The position numbers and the translations under genes are program-made. This document shows, one piece after another, positions 36,937-49,987 of a stretch of DNA of 64,000 nucleotides (its first letter is position 1; each line of letters begins with the position of its first letter). This DNA comes from Octopus sinensis (taxonomy: Eukaryota). Under the pieces are notes generated by a model, which ran no database searches, was not told where the DNA came from, and saw nothing but the letters and a program-made list of their open reading frames with translations. The DNA is taken from assembly GCF_006345805.1 (NCBI RefSeq), contig NC_043004.1:19964001-20028000 (forward strand), written 5' to 3'.

Positions 36937-39900
36937 TGTTGTAATCCTTGTGTCGGACTGTTCCATTGGTTCTTTCTCTCTTACTTTCGCTCTCCACGAA
37001 TCTGTTTTTTTTTTCTGTTGGTTAATGTGGTTCTAGTATAACCCTTTTCTTTCTTCTACTAAGTATAGCATTTTTCGTATGCGTTTGGTAATTGCAGCAT
37101 CTTCTCAACTCTTTTTTCCCGTTCTTATATTTTTTAACAAATACCTTTTCACCAATCCTGAAATATGTTGCTGTATTTTCCATTGCAAGTTTTCTTTTTT
37201 GTTTTTGCCAAGCATCAATTTGTCGAAGACTGATTTTTATTTTCCTCGCAAACATTAGCTCCGCTGGTGACGTGCCTGCTGGTGTATTTGGATTTGGTGT
37301 CACACAGTATACTCTTAAGAATTGTTGTAGAGCTACCTCATCCGTGACTTCTTCGACTTTCTTGGGGATCTCTTAAACTTATCGACAAACCGTTCTGTCT
37401 GTCTGCTACTTCTGGGATGGCATGGCGCCATAGTTGCATGTTCTACAGCGAACATGATTGCTCACACTTCCTTTTCTATTTGACTATAGTTCCTTTCAGC
37501 AGGTAATAACGATCGTGACGCATGGCCGTTTTACACCCATCGTCCTATTTGTGCAGTAGCACTGCTCCTACCACGTAATCACTCACATTTGTAGCGAATA
37601 TAATATCCAACTTTCAATCAAAATGCGTTAAATGCTTTTTGATTGTCAAATGGCTTCCGGCACTAATCAGCCCAGCACCATTTTGTATTTTCCTTTACCA
37701 AATCATTTAGTGGAGCCCTTACATTATATATATTGGAAATGTAAATTTGATAGCAATTTAGTAAACCCCTAACATGCTTGCAGCATAATCACATTATTCG
37801 GCGTGAGCATATTTTTACTTGCCGTTGCTCTGGATGAATCCGATTTCTGTCAGTTTTTATGCATTATCTGACCCAAGTATTTAAATTATTCACAAACAAA
37901 CTTTCATTTCCTCCCATTAACTTGAAGCCGTAATCTCTAATCTTTTTGAATAACCTTTTAACATGGTCTACATATTGTTCATGTTATTAGCTTTTTATTG
38001 GGATATCGTCTAAGTAGGCGGTACCAAAATCAATGTCTCTCAGCATTTTATCCATTATTTGCTGAGGTATGGAAGGAGCCACTTTTACACCGAAGGAAAG
38101 CCGCTTAAATTTAAATAAGCCACGATGTGCATTAATGGTTAATAAGTGTGAGCATTCTTCTTCTACTCGGATTTGTAGATATGCTTCCGAGAGGTCAACA
38201 TTTAAGAAGAATTTTCCTCCATTCAATTTTGTGAACACATCGTCAAGACTCGGCAATGGGTATTTATGTGGATCGAACTATCATTCAACCTCGTCAAAAC
38301 ATCTGCATGAACTCTTAACTTATTACATTTCTTTTTTATGTAGACCATAGGTGCTGCCCAATCTGAGTGTTCCGTCTTCTCGATTATTCCTAGGGTTTCA
38401 CGTCTTTCAAGTTCCTTCTTTACCTGTTCTATTGCCACGATCGGTACATTCCATTTTGGCTTTAATTAATTTGTTGCATTCTTTTTTATTATAATTTTAG
38501 CCTTTGTTTTCTTGCAGCAGTCTAGTTCCTCCGAGAAAACAACTGGGAATAAATGTTTTACTTTTCGTTTCAATCCCCCAGCCGCATTCGAAACTTCGAC
38601 TGAACAGACTACATTCCCACACAAAACACTTATGAGCATATTCCACGATTTGAATAGTTCCATCCACTCTCTGCTGAATAGATTAGTTGAATTTTTTAAC
38701 ACATATACTTTGCCGTTTTCATCTGGTCACGAAATGTCATATTACATACAAATCCACTTACATAATACAATATTTTACTCGTAACACAGTGTACTATATT
38801 TTGTAGATTTACTTAATTTCAGCTTACCGATATACTTCTAAGGTTTCAGTTCCAATAGCAATATCATTTCCAGTGTCTAAATACAATTTTACTTTTATAT
38901 TTTTAATTTTTACATTTACAAATTTCCTCTTAGTTATATTACCATTTTCTTTCGATGTCATCTTGTTTATTCTTCTTTCTTTGTTCCAACGTTTTGTCAT
39001 CTTAGTTTTACAGTGCACTTTTTGTGTATCCAATCTTCCCACAATGGAAGCATTCCGCTTTCTTAAATGGGCAGTTTTTTTCTCAGGTGTAGACCTGAAC
39101 TTGCAAAACATGGGTTCGTTTCCTGATTTTTGTCCTGTTTATACTTTTATTTTAGTACACACTTGATTTCTATTCTGCCTGTTTTGTGTTTTCCAATGCA
39201 TTTGCTTCACTTGTCGTAATCTTCATGTTCAATTTTCTCTGTGTCGTGCCTTCAATTTACAATTCTTTCACATTCTTCTGACACTTGTGGTAAGGTTACA
39301 GTTTGGTCTTGTCCCAGCTTAGCAAGAATTCTTACTTCTGCGTCTTTATCGGCGGTCAGTCCCCGAGTAAAAATCAAGAACTTTAACATATCCAGTTTGA
39401 ACTTTTCACATTCCATTTTAACTCTACTAGCATATGTGATGAAGTCTTCCCCGTTGTTCTTTTCTAGGTTTAAACATTTCCAGCGTGTATTGAACAACGA
39501 GCTTTTCTTGCTAAACATTTTACGCAATATGTCTATTAGTATATCTTTAAAGTTGATGTCAGAAGGTTTTTTCGGGGGTACATAATTGCTGTAATGTTCA
39601 TGTTCTCCTGCGGCCACTTTTCTTAAGATTAAGCACGTTTTCGTATCGTCTTTATTGAAGATATGTACGTATGTTGTATAATACGCCTCGAAAGTAATAC
39701 CTTCGTCTGGTCAATACTTAAACTCCGTTATTGAGTTTGCAACATAAGCTGGCGATAACATCTTTCCAGCATTTTCTGATGACCTTCTATTCATTAATTG
39801 CAGCATTTATTGCTGTAATAGTAATCGTTGTTGAACTTTTTGCAACTCGAGCAAACTGACCAACAAATCTTCCATAATTTTACGATTCGGCATAGCGTAA

Positions 39901-40280
39901 AATTCACATAAAAATATTTTGTGAGTTTCATAAAAACCTTGTGAGTTTCTTGATCCCCCGTGAGTTTGTTAATTTATCATCATCACCGTTGTAATCCTCA
40001 TGTCGGACTGTTATCACGCCTACTACGGTATAGCAGTATGGTAAGTAAGAAAGGAACGGCCACGACAATCTATGACTCTCTACCTATATTCACACTGACT
40101 AACAGTGTTTATAATGACCACACATACCACTCATCACGTGGGAGGGTGTTCCATTATTACTATTATTCCCATAAGAGTTTGTTATCATTCCATGTTCGTA
40201 TCTAGAACTCGCCAAGTATTTCAGAACACCTGAAACGCTACGATTGTATGGAACGGTGAGAATGTGTGCTCAACACAACA
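36937..40280 (-). mobile_element. Ty3/Gypsy LTR retrotransposon (Mag/K02A2.6-like), internally deleted and decayed
   Basis: Order gag (39252-39617), protease LDTG, RT (WAAPMV..; DLSEAYLQI; AYLDDI), RNase H (LTHFD..NYSQIEKE), integrase tail (HPRSSRQTERFV..TPAGTSPAELMF). Only about 25 bp of the 3' LTR end is retained (36937-36962). Confidence 0.92.
39987..40280 (-). repeat. 5' LTR of the Gypsy element (~294 bp)
   Basis: Minus-strand start TGTTGTG (40280). The end ...GTCCGACATGAGGATTACAAC matches the 3' LTR end ...GTCCGACACAAGGATTACAACA. A PBS-like sequence follows immediately. Confidence 0.7.
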
Positions 40281-40990
40281 TTTCGTGGATAAATATTATT
40301 TATTTATAGATTAACAAGGCAACCAATGACTTCATGTGGAAATAATATCTACACTCTTCAAGTGATCTAGTGGAGACGGCTGAAATTTTCCTAATTTTCG
40401 ATGAGACAACACGAAGTTACCTGAGACACTGCGGGTTATAGAATGAATGCACAGATCAGAGAATGTGACATCTTAATTTGTTAATTATTGCATTACTTGC
40501 ACTGACCTTGGACTTTTGTAAGGATTCACTTTCACCAGACATTAATTAAGTCGTAAATTATGTTATGCGTGTACGATCATCCACCACTACCGATATGTAT
40601 ACACATACACATATGAACTTATATATATGCATATGCGTACATATACAAATGTATGTTTATACATACACAAACACATACACACAGTCGCAAGCACTCACAC
40701 AGAAACACAGGCACACAAAGACATATATAGGAAAAATATTCAGAAACAGTATATATTTTGTGTAGTTTAAACAAGTGGAGAATAAATTTATTCTATGTCC
40801 TTATATTATAAAAAATAAAAACATAACGATACGTTTTCACGGATAGTTCAAGTGAAATTATATTAGCATAAGTATTCGTAAGTTTCGTTTTGCCCCATAT
40901 ATAATTTATATAAAGATAAGGGAACATGGGAAAATAAGGAGTCACATGTTGCTTCGACTCTTTTGTACAGCAAAAATGTTTTGCTAAACG

Positions 40991-41204
40991 CGAGGGTGCT
41001 GAAAAGTTTCTGACTTTAAGAGTACCGTGAAAGGTTTGGCTGGAGGCACAACATTCCGCGTTCATTTACAGGACTCTGAGAAAGTAATGGACGTTGTAAC
41101 AAGTGTGTAAATCTTAGAGGGGATTATGTTGATTAATATCATAATTAACTGATCCTCTTATGTTTTTTTTCACTCAAACCCAAGAAATTTTCATCACCTC
41201 CTTG
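40991..41204 (+). mobile_element. mariner-derived MITE (~215 bp)
   Basis: Imperfect TIRs cgagggtgctgaaaagtttctgacttt / aaacccaagaaattttcatcacctccttg+ta; retains the transposase C-terminus RCNKCVNLRGDYVD*. Confidence 0.75.
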
Positions 41205-41244
41205 TATATGCCTATTAGAGTTATGCGGATTAGAGTTATTAGAG

Positions 41245-41300
41245 TTACCCAGCGGTGGTGCCCCTGCATGGCCGCGGCCTTCGGGCTAAAACATTTTTAA
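41245..41300 (+). mobile_element. SINE S1 tail fragment
   Basis: gcggtggtgcccctgcatggccgcggccttcgggctaaaaca resembles the S1 tail at 9670-9712. Confidence 0.5.
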
Positions 41301-41882
41301 TGATTTAAGGGATAAAAAGGTTTTTTTGTAGTATAAGAAAGAAGTCGTATTTAAGAGAACTGAATACGATTTCGCTGATTTCGGTTTAAAGTTTTAATGT
41401 ATTTTTTCCATATTTTTCCTTATTTAAAATCATGTGCCGTTTAATGATTGTAGAGATATGTCTTTTATGATATTTCTTGAAGAAGGACGCAAATCTTGTT
41501 GGTGTTTTTTGTCTCATGACATTTCCAACACAAGAGACACAATTGCAGTTTGTATTTTTATCGTCGCTTGGGAACTATTTTAACCGACTTCTGTTTTTAT
41601 AGGAAGAATGTTATCTATTCCTAGTGTCATACCGATTTTTTAGTGGGTTTATTTTAGTTGATATTTGAATTGGAATCGTTCTTGTTACTATCCGTTTAAA
41701 TACAGTGCAGTGATAAGGTAGACTGCTGGAAGTTTTGTAACTATGTTGGTCCACACGCGTATGCAGAGGGTTATACTCACATATACAAATCTGCACACAG
41801 ATATTTATACAGACACATACATAGATGCGCACATATACACACAAATAACTATCTATGCATGTAGATGCATATCCGCTTACCT

Positions 41883-41924
<42 letters not shown>

Positions 41925-42849
41925 GCACACATTCATATATATATATATGTATGGAAAAAAGGAAAAGAATGCTTCTAACAATGCAGAAGGTAAGATAGAG
42001 GAAACGGTGTAACTGGGCATTTCCAAGACTGCTTCCAGAGGTTGGTATCTGCGCCTAAAATATAAAGGTTCTTATAAAACTTTCTGCATTGTTAAAAGCT
42101 TTTAGATTTTCCGAATTGCAAGAGCAGCTTTTTCCAATATTACAGGTAGGGCCCGCTTTGAAGTGGAATTCGAGACCTTTTAATGAGTGGCTACAAATTC
42201 CTCAGTTTGGTTGGTTGCATTTATTTACTTTAGGGTCAGCCGTTTGAGTGTGTAGATTTGCATTGGTCCCGTTCCTTTTTTGTGAATTTGTTTGCTTCTT
42301 GCTTTTAACTCAATGCTTTTCTAAGACATGAATTTGGTTTCAGTGCGTACAGATTATTATTTATGGTGCTTGATTGGTTTAAATGCAAATGTAGTCCATG
42401 AATTTAAAAGTTACGTATATATCTTAGGTCTCTTGATCGCATCTGATGAAGATTATTTCGGTTTTGGGGGATAATTTGATTATACATGCGTGTGTATGCT
42501 TAAATATATATGCGTGTGTGTGTATGTGTGCGTTTAATTGATAAATATTTTCGATTACTGATGAGGAGTGTGTTATAGTGTCTTTTTCTATTTTATCTTT
42601 GTGGTCGGAGTACTGTTGATATGACACTGACCATGTATCTCTCTCTTATCTTTTGTCTATGATGATTGCGTTCTCTTGATTTAAGTCCATAATAATAGTG
42701 AGGCCCACATGCTTGGTATTAGGCCAGAAGGCTTTCCACTTTCGCGCGTGTGATATCACTCCTATTTTGATTTGGCTTTAGCTGATCTTCGAAATCTTTC
42801 AGGTGGCTTGCATTTAAGACATTTCTGAATTTCGGTATGCAGCCATATG

Positions 42850-43075
42850 AGTTTCCTTCCAAAGTGTATTGAAACACTCTGATGCATGATTAAATGCAAT
42901 GTACAAATCCTGTTACTAACTGCATTAATCTTGAAGATAACTGCTCACAAAAACATAACGACTGTTCTTCGATTCTTGTGGAGGGCGTATTCTGGTTACG
43001 CCGTAATGTTTTGCAGCATTGTGTGGAGTAGTCATTTGAGCATATAGGTGGCCAGAACTTTTCCACGAAAGGAAA
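42850..43075 (-). mobile_element. Degenerate RTE-type RT fragment
   Basis: KVLATYMLK*LL..PEY..RRTVVM..QDLYIAF..FNTLW across frames resembles the RT motif region GFR..RSTVDMIF..DLYIAFID..KAFD; weak. Confidence 0.4.
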
Positions 43076-44619
43076 AAGCGGTTATATCGTAACGTTTGTA
43101 AAAAAAATTACCTTTTCTTTGGAGATGATCATAATGTTAGCATTTATATTTGTGGGTGTAGAGATAAATACTCTTTAGTCCTTAGATTGATTTTATATAG
43201 ATGGAGCGCTTTTATGTACTGATAAAATCTCTTCCATTAAGATGTCTGCGGGAATAGTTAGGTCCGACAAACGCCAGGTATTCCTCCAGATGGTGGATGT
43301 CAGGCGTTTTAAAAGTTTCCTCCAGAGATGTATATTTCAGATGTTTAGAACGTAACAAATTACTATATAAACACATAGATGCCTTATTTTGGCAGAAAGC
43401 CACAGATTCCGGTAAGTATTGCCATTACAGTTTGACTGGTACTTATTATCCGTGGGGATAAATAGAAATGTCGGCACTTTACGTGTTAGAAATTCGAACA
43501 TTAAAGGATGAAATTAATTATTGCTACACATGTGGTCCTGCATCTTGCCAATTCTTTTATCGATCGCTTGTTCCATATAAAAGTAAATATAATGATCACG
43601 CATTGCAGTAATTTTGATTTTCACTCGGTTTGATTTAGTCATTTGGCTTCTGTAATCTAACGAAAGAGAGAATGTAGCTTTATGTATATATGTACAGATA
43701 CCTGTACGTGTGTTTGCTTGTGTGTGTGTTGTTGTTACTGTTGTTGTTGTTGTTGTGTGTGTGTGTATGCACGTGTGTGCGTGTGTGGGTCTGACAAGTA
43801 AACAAAGTGGTTACGCCACAGGTTTTAAAAATCTTTTGATGAAAAAGTGAGACAATGCGACTAGTGTTCTTAGATCTTCAAAAATGAAACAAAGAATATC
43901 TACCATATGTTCTTTAATTAGAATTGAGAAAGAAGGAAAATTTGTGTACACTTAGGTGTTGGGGAGGGTGCTTAAATGTTAGGTACTAATAACCACATTT
44001 TTTTCTGGCACTAATAACCAAACATTTTTTTATCTACTAATTCTGGCTGAAATAACGATCTAGCTATGATCACCCGCCTTTCCTTGGGTCATTGAATTTC
44101 TTAGACGCTATCTTTTAAATATATCTCTCCCTCAATTTTCAAGATAGCAGAATGTAATTTTAGTAATATTTTGATGATATTCCTAGCATGCTCTTTAGTT
44201 CTATAATGGCGTGTGGTGGTAAATCAAGAAAGTACGTTATTTATGTAATGGTCAAACTTATTTAAAGTATATTTGTTATTGAAACAACTTTGGCTGTAGT
44301 TTGAAACTTGTCAAACAGTATGGTGTTAAGGTCAATAAGAATCTGTCATCTTACTGCCTGCAACGACGAATCAAGAATTGACACTCTAAGGTATTAGACC
44401 TCTCGCCACGAACAGCTGTCAATTCTGTTTCAGAAATGCCCTTAACGTATAGGAGACTGCGTAATGGGTAACGTAGTAGGAGATACCTCTGAAAAACAGG
44501 AAGAGAGATCTTTCCGTTGAGGATCTGTTCCTTTGATCGGAACTGTGAGAGTAGTTATTAAAGATAATGGAATGCTGTTTGGGGTAAGTAAGTGCGCAGT
44601 ACCAATTATGAAGAGGAGT

Positions 44620-45885
44620 TGATCTCTGATGGCGTCAAATTACCACAAGATAACATCATTAGATCGCTGTAAAATAATAAGGGATACAAATGCATAAGTT
44701 TGCTGAAAGATGATAGGTTAACGGAAAGAGACATGAGAGAGAAAGTCACTAAAGAGTTTAAGAGAATTAGGAAGATGCTCCAAACAACATCAAATAAAAG
44801 GAACATCATTAAAGCTAAAAATACGCATGTTATGCCCGTATTGACATACTCTGCTCCCTTTCTGAAATGGGCAATAGCCAAGCTACAGAACTTGGATTAA
44901 AGAATTAGAAAGCTACTCACTATACACTTCACTCTGAAAGCTGTACCGACCAACTCTACCCGCCAAGAAAGGAAGGAGGCATAGGATTAAACACGGATGA
45001 CACTTCAATACGGCAATACTGGGTATGAAAACTTATGTTGTACAGAGTACTAACGGCAGACAGAGTTACTCAAAATGTAACCGAATTCAAAGATAAACGA
45101 AAAAACAACAGAGCAAACAACTGGTAAATGATGGAACTACTTGGCCAATTAACACAACAAATTGAGAATGTCAGAAATGATTGCTGGCTCTAGTTGACGG
45201 ACGAGAGCTTGAAGTGTGACACATAAACGCTAATTATAACTGCACAGGAACACCCCTTGAACAAATCTGATCAAAGCAAAGAGCAACAAAACCCAGTCAG
45301 ACAACAAATGTAGAATCTGTAGGAAAGGAGACGACAGAATCAATCACATTTTGAGTGAGTGCAGTATACTAACACTGAAGAAATGCAAGCGGAAACATGA
45401 CTGTGTGGGCAACAGAGTATACTGGGATATTGGACGAGTATGTGGCTTCTAAACAACAGAATAGTGGTATGAATACAAACCAGAGGCTGTGATACAAAAT
45501 GCGAATTACAAGATATTGTAGGACTTCTCCATAAAGACTTACCATACTACTGAGATAAGAAGACTAAACATGATTATAGAAGACAAATTAAACAAGCAGT
45601 GCATGACAATGTATTTTGAAATGCTCTATTATAGCAGAATCGATACACAAGAAACGGAAACAGTTAAGAAATACAAATATACATCCATAGAGCTAAGAAG
45701 ACTGTGGAAGTCAAAGCAAGAATTTATTCCTGTAACAATTGGTGCACTTGAAACAACACCGAGAATGCTACCTAAGAAATTGAAAGAGACTAGATCTGAA
45801 ACTCATAATGTCAACCGCCAGAAAAGCACCAGGCAATATTCTGCAAAGGAAATCCTTTTGAGACTTGTTACCCATCATCATTAAA
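44620..45885 (+). mobile_element. R4/Dong-type copy F (end of RT to RLE), heavily decayed, no TAA tail visible
   Basis: GYKCI..KEFKRIRKML..IIKAKNTHVMPVLTYS..LKW; RKEGGIG; KCRICRKGDDRINHILSEC; KHDCVG..YW; WYEYKPE; LRRLWK..FIPVTIGAL. Confidence 0.85.
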
Positions 45886-46078
45886 CAATGCCTGCTAACT
45901 AAATTAGCTTGCACTAGTGTATTGATAATAAATATGTAGATCCTCTAAACACCCCGGAACTGATAAACAAACACCCAGGAGATAAGCAACTGTCAATATT
46001 TACGCACTTCACAATTACGAAAATCTCTAAGTCACAGCAAAAGCAATAAAAAAGAAACAAAAATGGTAAATCAGTGTG

Positions 46079-46110
<32 letters not shown>

Positions 46111-46124
46111 CATACAATGTCCTT

Positions 46125-46360
46125 GGTTCTTTTATTATTTTATTTGTTTTATTTGACCTAGACCATGCTGGAGCACCGCGCCCTGAAATGTTTTAGTCGA
46201 CCTCAAGACTTCCGTTTTAAACCTAGTACTTATTCAATTGGTTCTTTTTTGCTGAACCATTATGTTACGGGGACGTAAACATACCACCACTAGTTGTCAA
46301 GAATCGCTGACGGAGGGACAAACACAAGCACACAGACACCCCCCCCCCACACACACACAC
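46125..46360 (-). mobile_element. SINE S1, 3' half
   Basis: gaccatgctggagcaccgc...ctagtacttatt...ttacggggacgtaaacataccac...gttgtcaag...gggacaaacaca. Confidence 0.8.
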
Positions 46361-46779
46361 ACACAAACACTTTTATATAATATACGTCAGGCTTAATAAT
46401 TTTTCTATCAGCAAGTAAAACAGAAAATGTGAGTTGGTTCTTTCCAAGGTCATTGTACTCAGTGATCGTCGTGGTAGTAAACACATATTTAACCTCTGCA
46501 GACCATTGGTGATCTCATTCTCACCGTGTTCTAAACGTATCCACACACTGGTGGTATTTGACTGCGTGACCACCAAATCGATACTTTTCCTCCTTCTATC
46601 ACCCGACAACCCTCACGCATTTATGATTATCTCACGTACAAGGCTAAAGTCGAAACTTAACAACATTTAATAATACTACACAGTGCTAAGAACTGGCAGA
46701 CTTAACTAAATTCTGAAATTTGAAACTGTATGGCAAACTGTATGGAATTTGAACTCAAGAAGTGCGGAATAATATACCT

Positions 46780-47630
46780 AAAAAGGAGCATATACAATCC
46801 CTAGCAGAAATAGAATTATCAAATAGAGACTTGATAACGCAAACTGAAACGGAAGGATACAAATACCTTGGTGTACTAGAGTACAACGAGATAAAGGAAA
46901 AGGAAAGGAAGGAGCAGCTGAGGATGGAGTATTTCCGAACACTGAGGTTGGTGCTGCACTCGAAATTGACTGGACGGAATAAAATCAAATCAATTAATAC
47001 ATGGGCGATAGTATCACTTCGGTATGGAGGGGGAATTATAAAATGGCAAAAGAAAGAAATGAAAATGGATACCCAGACCAGAAAAATGTTGACAGTACAC
47101 AGATACTTTCACTCTGAGAGTGACAACGATAGACTGTACTTGTTCAGCAGGAAGGGTAGAAGAAGCTTGATCAGTTGCCAGGACTATATAGAAGCGGAGG
47201 AAAATAGCAGAAAAAGAAGAAGAAAAAGAAGAAGAAGAAGAGAAGAAGAAGAAGAAGAAGAAGAAGAAGAAAAAGTAGTAGAAGAAGAAGAAGAAGAAGA
47301 AGAAAAAGTAGAAGTAGAAGAAGAAGAAGAAGAAGAAAAAGAAGAAGAAGAAGAAAAAGTAGAAAAAGAAGAAGAAGAAGAAGAAGAAGAAAAAGAAGAA
47401 ATAGAAGAAAAAGAAGAAGAAGAAGAAGAAGAAGAAGAAGAAGAAGAAGAAGAAGAAGAAGAAGAAGAAGAAGAAGAAGAAGAAGAAGAAGATTTATTAG
47501 TCTACAAGCAAATACTTCTAGACTAATAGATGTAAGTGTTCTCTCTGATAAAAATATATCTGTAAAGGAATTTGACTCAAAAACTATAAAGAGTTGGAAA
47601 TTGAAATACAAAAGATGTCGCATCCTTAGT
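46780..47630 (+). mobile_element. R4/Dong-type copy G: RT-end fragment (46780-47208) and RLE fragment (47491-47630) bridged by (GAA)n
   Basis: GYKYLGVLEY..EYFRTLRLVLHSKLTGRNKIKSINTWAI..RYGGGIIKW..DRLYL..GRRSL; after the tract, LIDVSVLSDKNISVKEFD..YKELEIEIQKM. Confidence 0.8.
47209..47490. repeat. (GAA)n purine tract, ~280 bp
   Basis: Directly visible; read as poly-Glu in ORF 46762-47526. Confidence 0.97.
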
Positions 47631-47699
47631 AGAGATCCAAGCTTTCATGGATTCGAAATAGCGTTTATAGACAAGATTGAGTGTGGTGGAATAAGAGAA

Positions 47700-48245
47700 T
47701 GGTTGTGTTAAAAATGGGGGTGGTATTTTGTGGAATAATTATTTTGTAAGAAGAATTGACGATTTGTGGACGATAAAATCTCGCGCCTTCTATTTTTCGT
47801 ATTGTATGTACCACACGTTAGGTGCGGGTTGCTAATCTGAGACGACCGAGACGTGCACCTTATATACGCAGACAGCCTTTCACACTTAGTAGAAATGTTA
47901 TTGATACAGGAAGAAGTGGGCTGTGTTGTTGGGCTAGTCACAAAGGTAAATTTAGATGTAGAAAAATTATTGTGATGTGGAATCAATAATTTTAACTTGT
48001 TTTTCAGTGTATGGTTGGGATTGTAGGATATTTCCGAAAATCCACGAGTGAGAAAGAAGTAACAGGGGATGTGGTTATTGAGAATATTCTCATTAGCAGA
48101 GAGGTTGGTGATCCAAATGAAAATACCTTTCATGATACTATTTAAAACAGATATTAGGTGATTAGATTAGGGATTAATATATTGTGAAGATTCATTATGC
48201 TTATATCAAGGGTATCAAAATCAAGGTTTAAATCTAACTTAACGT
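47700..48245 (-). mobile_element. Penelope-like fragment (RT thumb/linker)
   Basis: LDLNL..SNH..VLNSIMKGI..ITNLSANENILNNHIPCY..RRREIL..KYH parallels the 35105 fragment. Confidence 0.6.
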
Positions 48246-49348
48246 TCAATAAACTGGTTACTTTGTGCTATTTTCGAAAGAGATGATGTATTTTAATGTT
48301 TAAACAAATGTGGAAGGCTTTCCAAGTACTTCAGGGTCGTAGGCATATTGCGTGAGAATAAAGATATCATTTGTCGCTTCTCTGAGGTACAATTACCTCA
48401 TGTTTTAACGATATACTTTGCATAAATCATTGTCATTGACCGAAATAATAAAACATTTCTATTAAGCACAACTTCATCGCTCTTATACTTCTTCCTTAAC
48501 ATTAATCTTTTAAACTGTTATACCTGCTTACATTTAGGAATGTTCTCAACTTTTGTATACACCAACTAGTATCTCTGCTTACCCTCTCTTCTCTTAGTAA
48601 TGTGCCAACATATCTCCTACCTAACATATAACTAACCTTTTATACTCAAAATGGCAGATGCACTTTACAATGTTCTTTTCTATACCCTGTTAGCAGATAT
48701 TCTATCATTTAAATTTTGTTATTGTTTTTTCTTCTTACTTATTCCCGGTCTACTATGATTTATGGTCTGCTACGCATCTGCCATACGTTTCCGAAATCGC
48801 TGCGCCTAACCACATATCTGTCTCACTCTTAATTCTTTTCTGTTGTTAAAGAGCAGGCTTTCTTTGATCTAGCCTGCGTAACCATTTTGTCTAGCTTTTA
48901 AATTTATAGCTGATTTTTTATTTCTTGTGCTACTAACTGATAACTGTACATCAGCCACTTCACCCTTCTCCCTCCTCTCCTCCCTCATTACATTTATAAT
49001 TTTCGCTATAAACGCTCCTCTACACTTCTCATCTTGGTAATTTTATTGAACATATACTCATAAACGTTCATTACTCAGCTATTTGCTAGTGTTGTCTGCT
49101 AGGTATAACGTGTTTTCACCCCACGAATCTCTGAAAATCCGTGCCTGTCATCGCATCTACAATTTTTTTGAACTTCATTGCATAATATGTATATTTAGAG
49201 CACCAGTCATGGATGATATGAAACAAATATAAAGACAAAACTTGATTCTATAATGTAATTATATATACAACTCCTATACATTTACTGCTGCTTTTCTTTC
49301 TTTTCGGCATTTCTCTCACTGTCTTTGTATGTATGTATCCGTGTGCCT

Positions 49349-49388
<40 letters not shown>

Positions 49389-49389
<1 letters not shown>

Positions 49390-49500
49390 ACGTGACCGAC
49401 CAGACTATCAGATGTCAACCATCGCTGGTCATAAAGCGCTTTTGCATTGTTTTAGTCTTCGAATGACGCCACTTCTCTGGCAAGGTGCGCAGATTAACAT
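49389..49500 (-). mobile_element. SINE S3, 3' fragment next to (TG)n
   Basis: cacgtgaccgaccagactatcagatg...catcgctggtca...gcattgttttagtcttcgaatgacgccac matches 4128-4235. Confidence 0.85.
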
Positions 49501-49987
49501 TCCTTCTTGCTGATCGAAAGGGAGGAAGAACACAACGCGTTGCCGGGTGCTGGAGTCGAACACACGATCTAGTGATCATGGCATTCTCCTCGCAAGCACG
49601 AATAGTCATTGCGAAAAAACCCTGAGTGACGGTGTTCTTGACGGTTGTGCTTTCAATGTCACCATACAGATCTTTGCGTGTCTTGTCATACCCATTTTTC
49701 TTACTGCTTCTGCTGTTGTTTCCTTTTATTGTGGAAGCGGTGATATTGCCGGTGACAATAATGGAGTTACACTACTTCATTCTTTTTTGTTATTTTTTCC
49801 TCTTTTTCTTATTTGCGGCGTTGGTGTAGTGGTGAAGAGCTCTCGTAGTTCGGCATGCTATTTTTGTTGTCCTCATCATTACCTTTCTTACTACACTTCG
49901 CGCTGACGATGATAGTTATGTAACGCATTGAACTTCGAAAGTGATAACAGCCTCATTCATCGGTTAACTGCTGGGAAGAGAGCTAGA

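Noticed and set aside
46762-47526. 254-aa ORF with an acidic tail as a host gene
   Set aside because: R4 RT-end fragment plus (GAA)n read as poly-Glu.
49903-49950. Second hammerhead-like motif CUGACGA-U-stem-GAAA
   Set aside because: Stem II can form, but stems I and III cannot; at best a dead relic.
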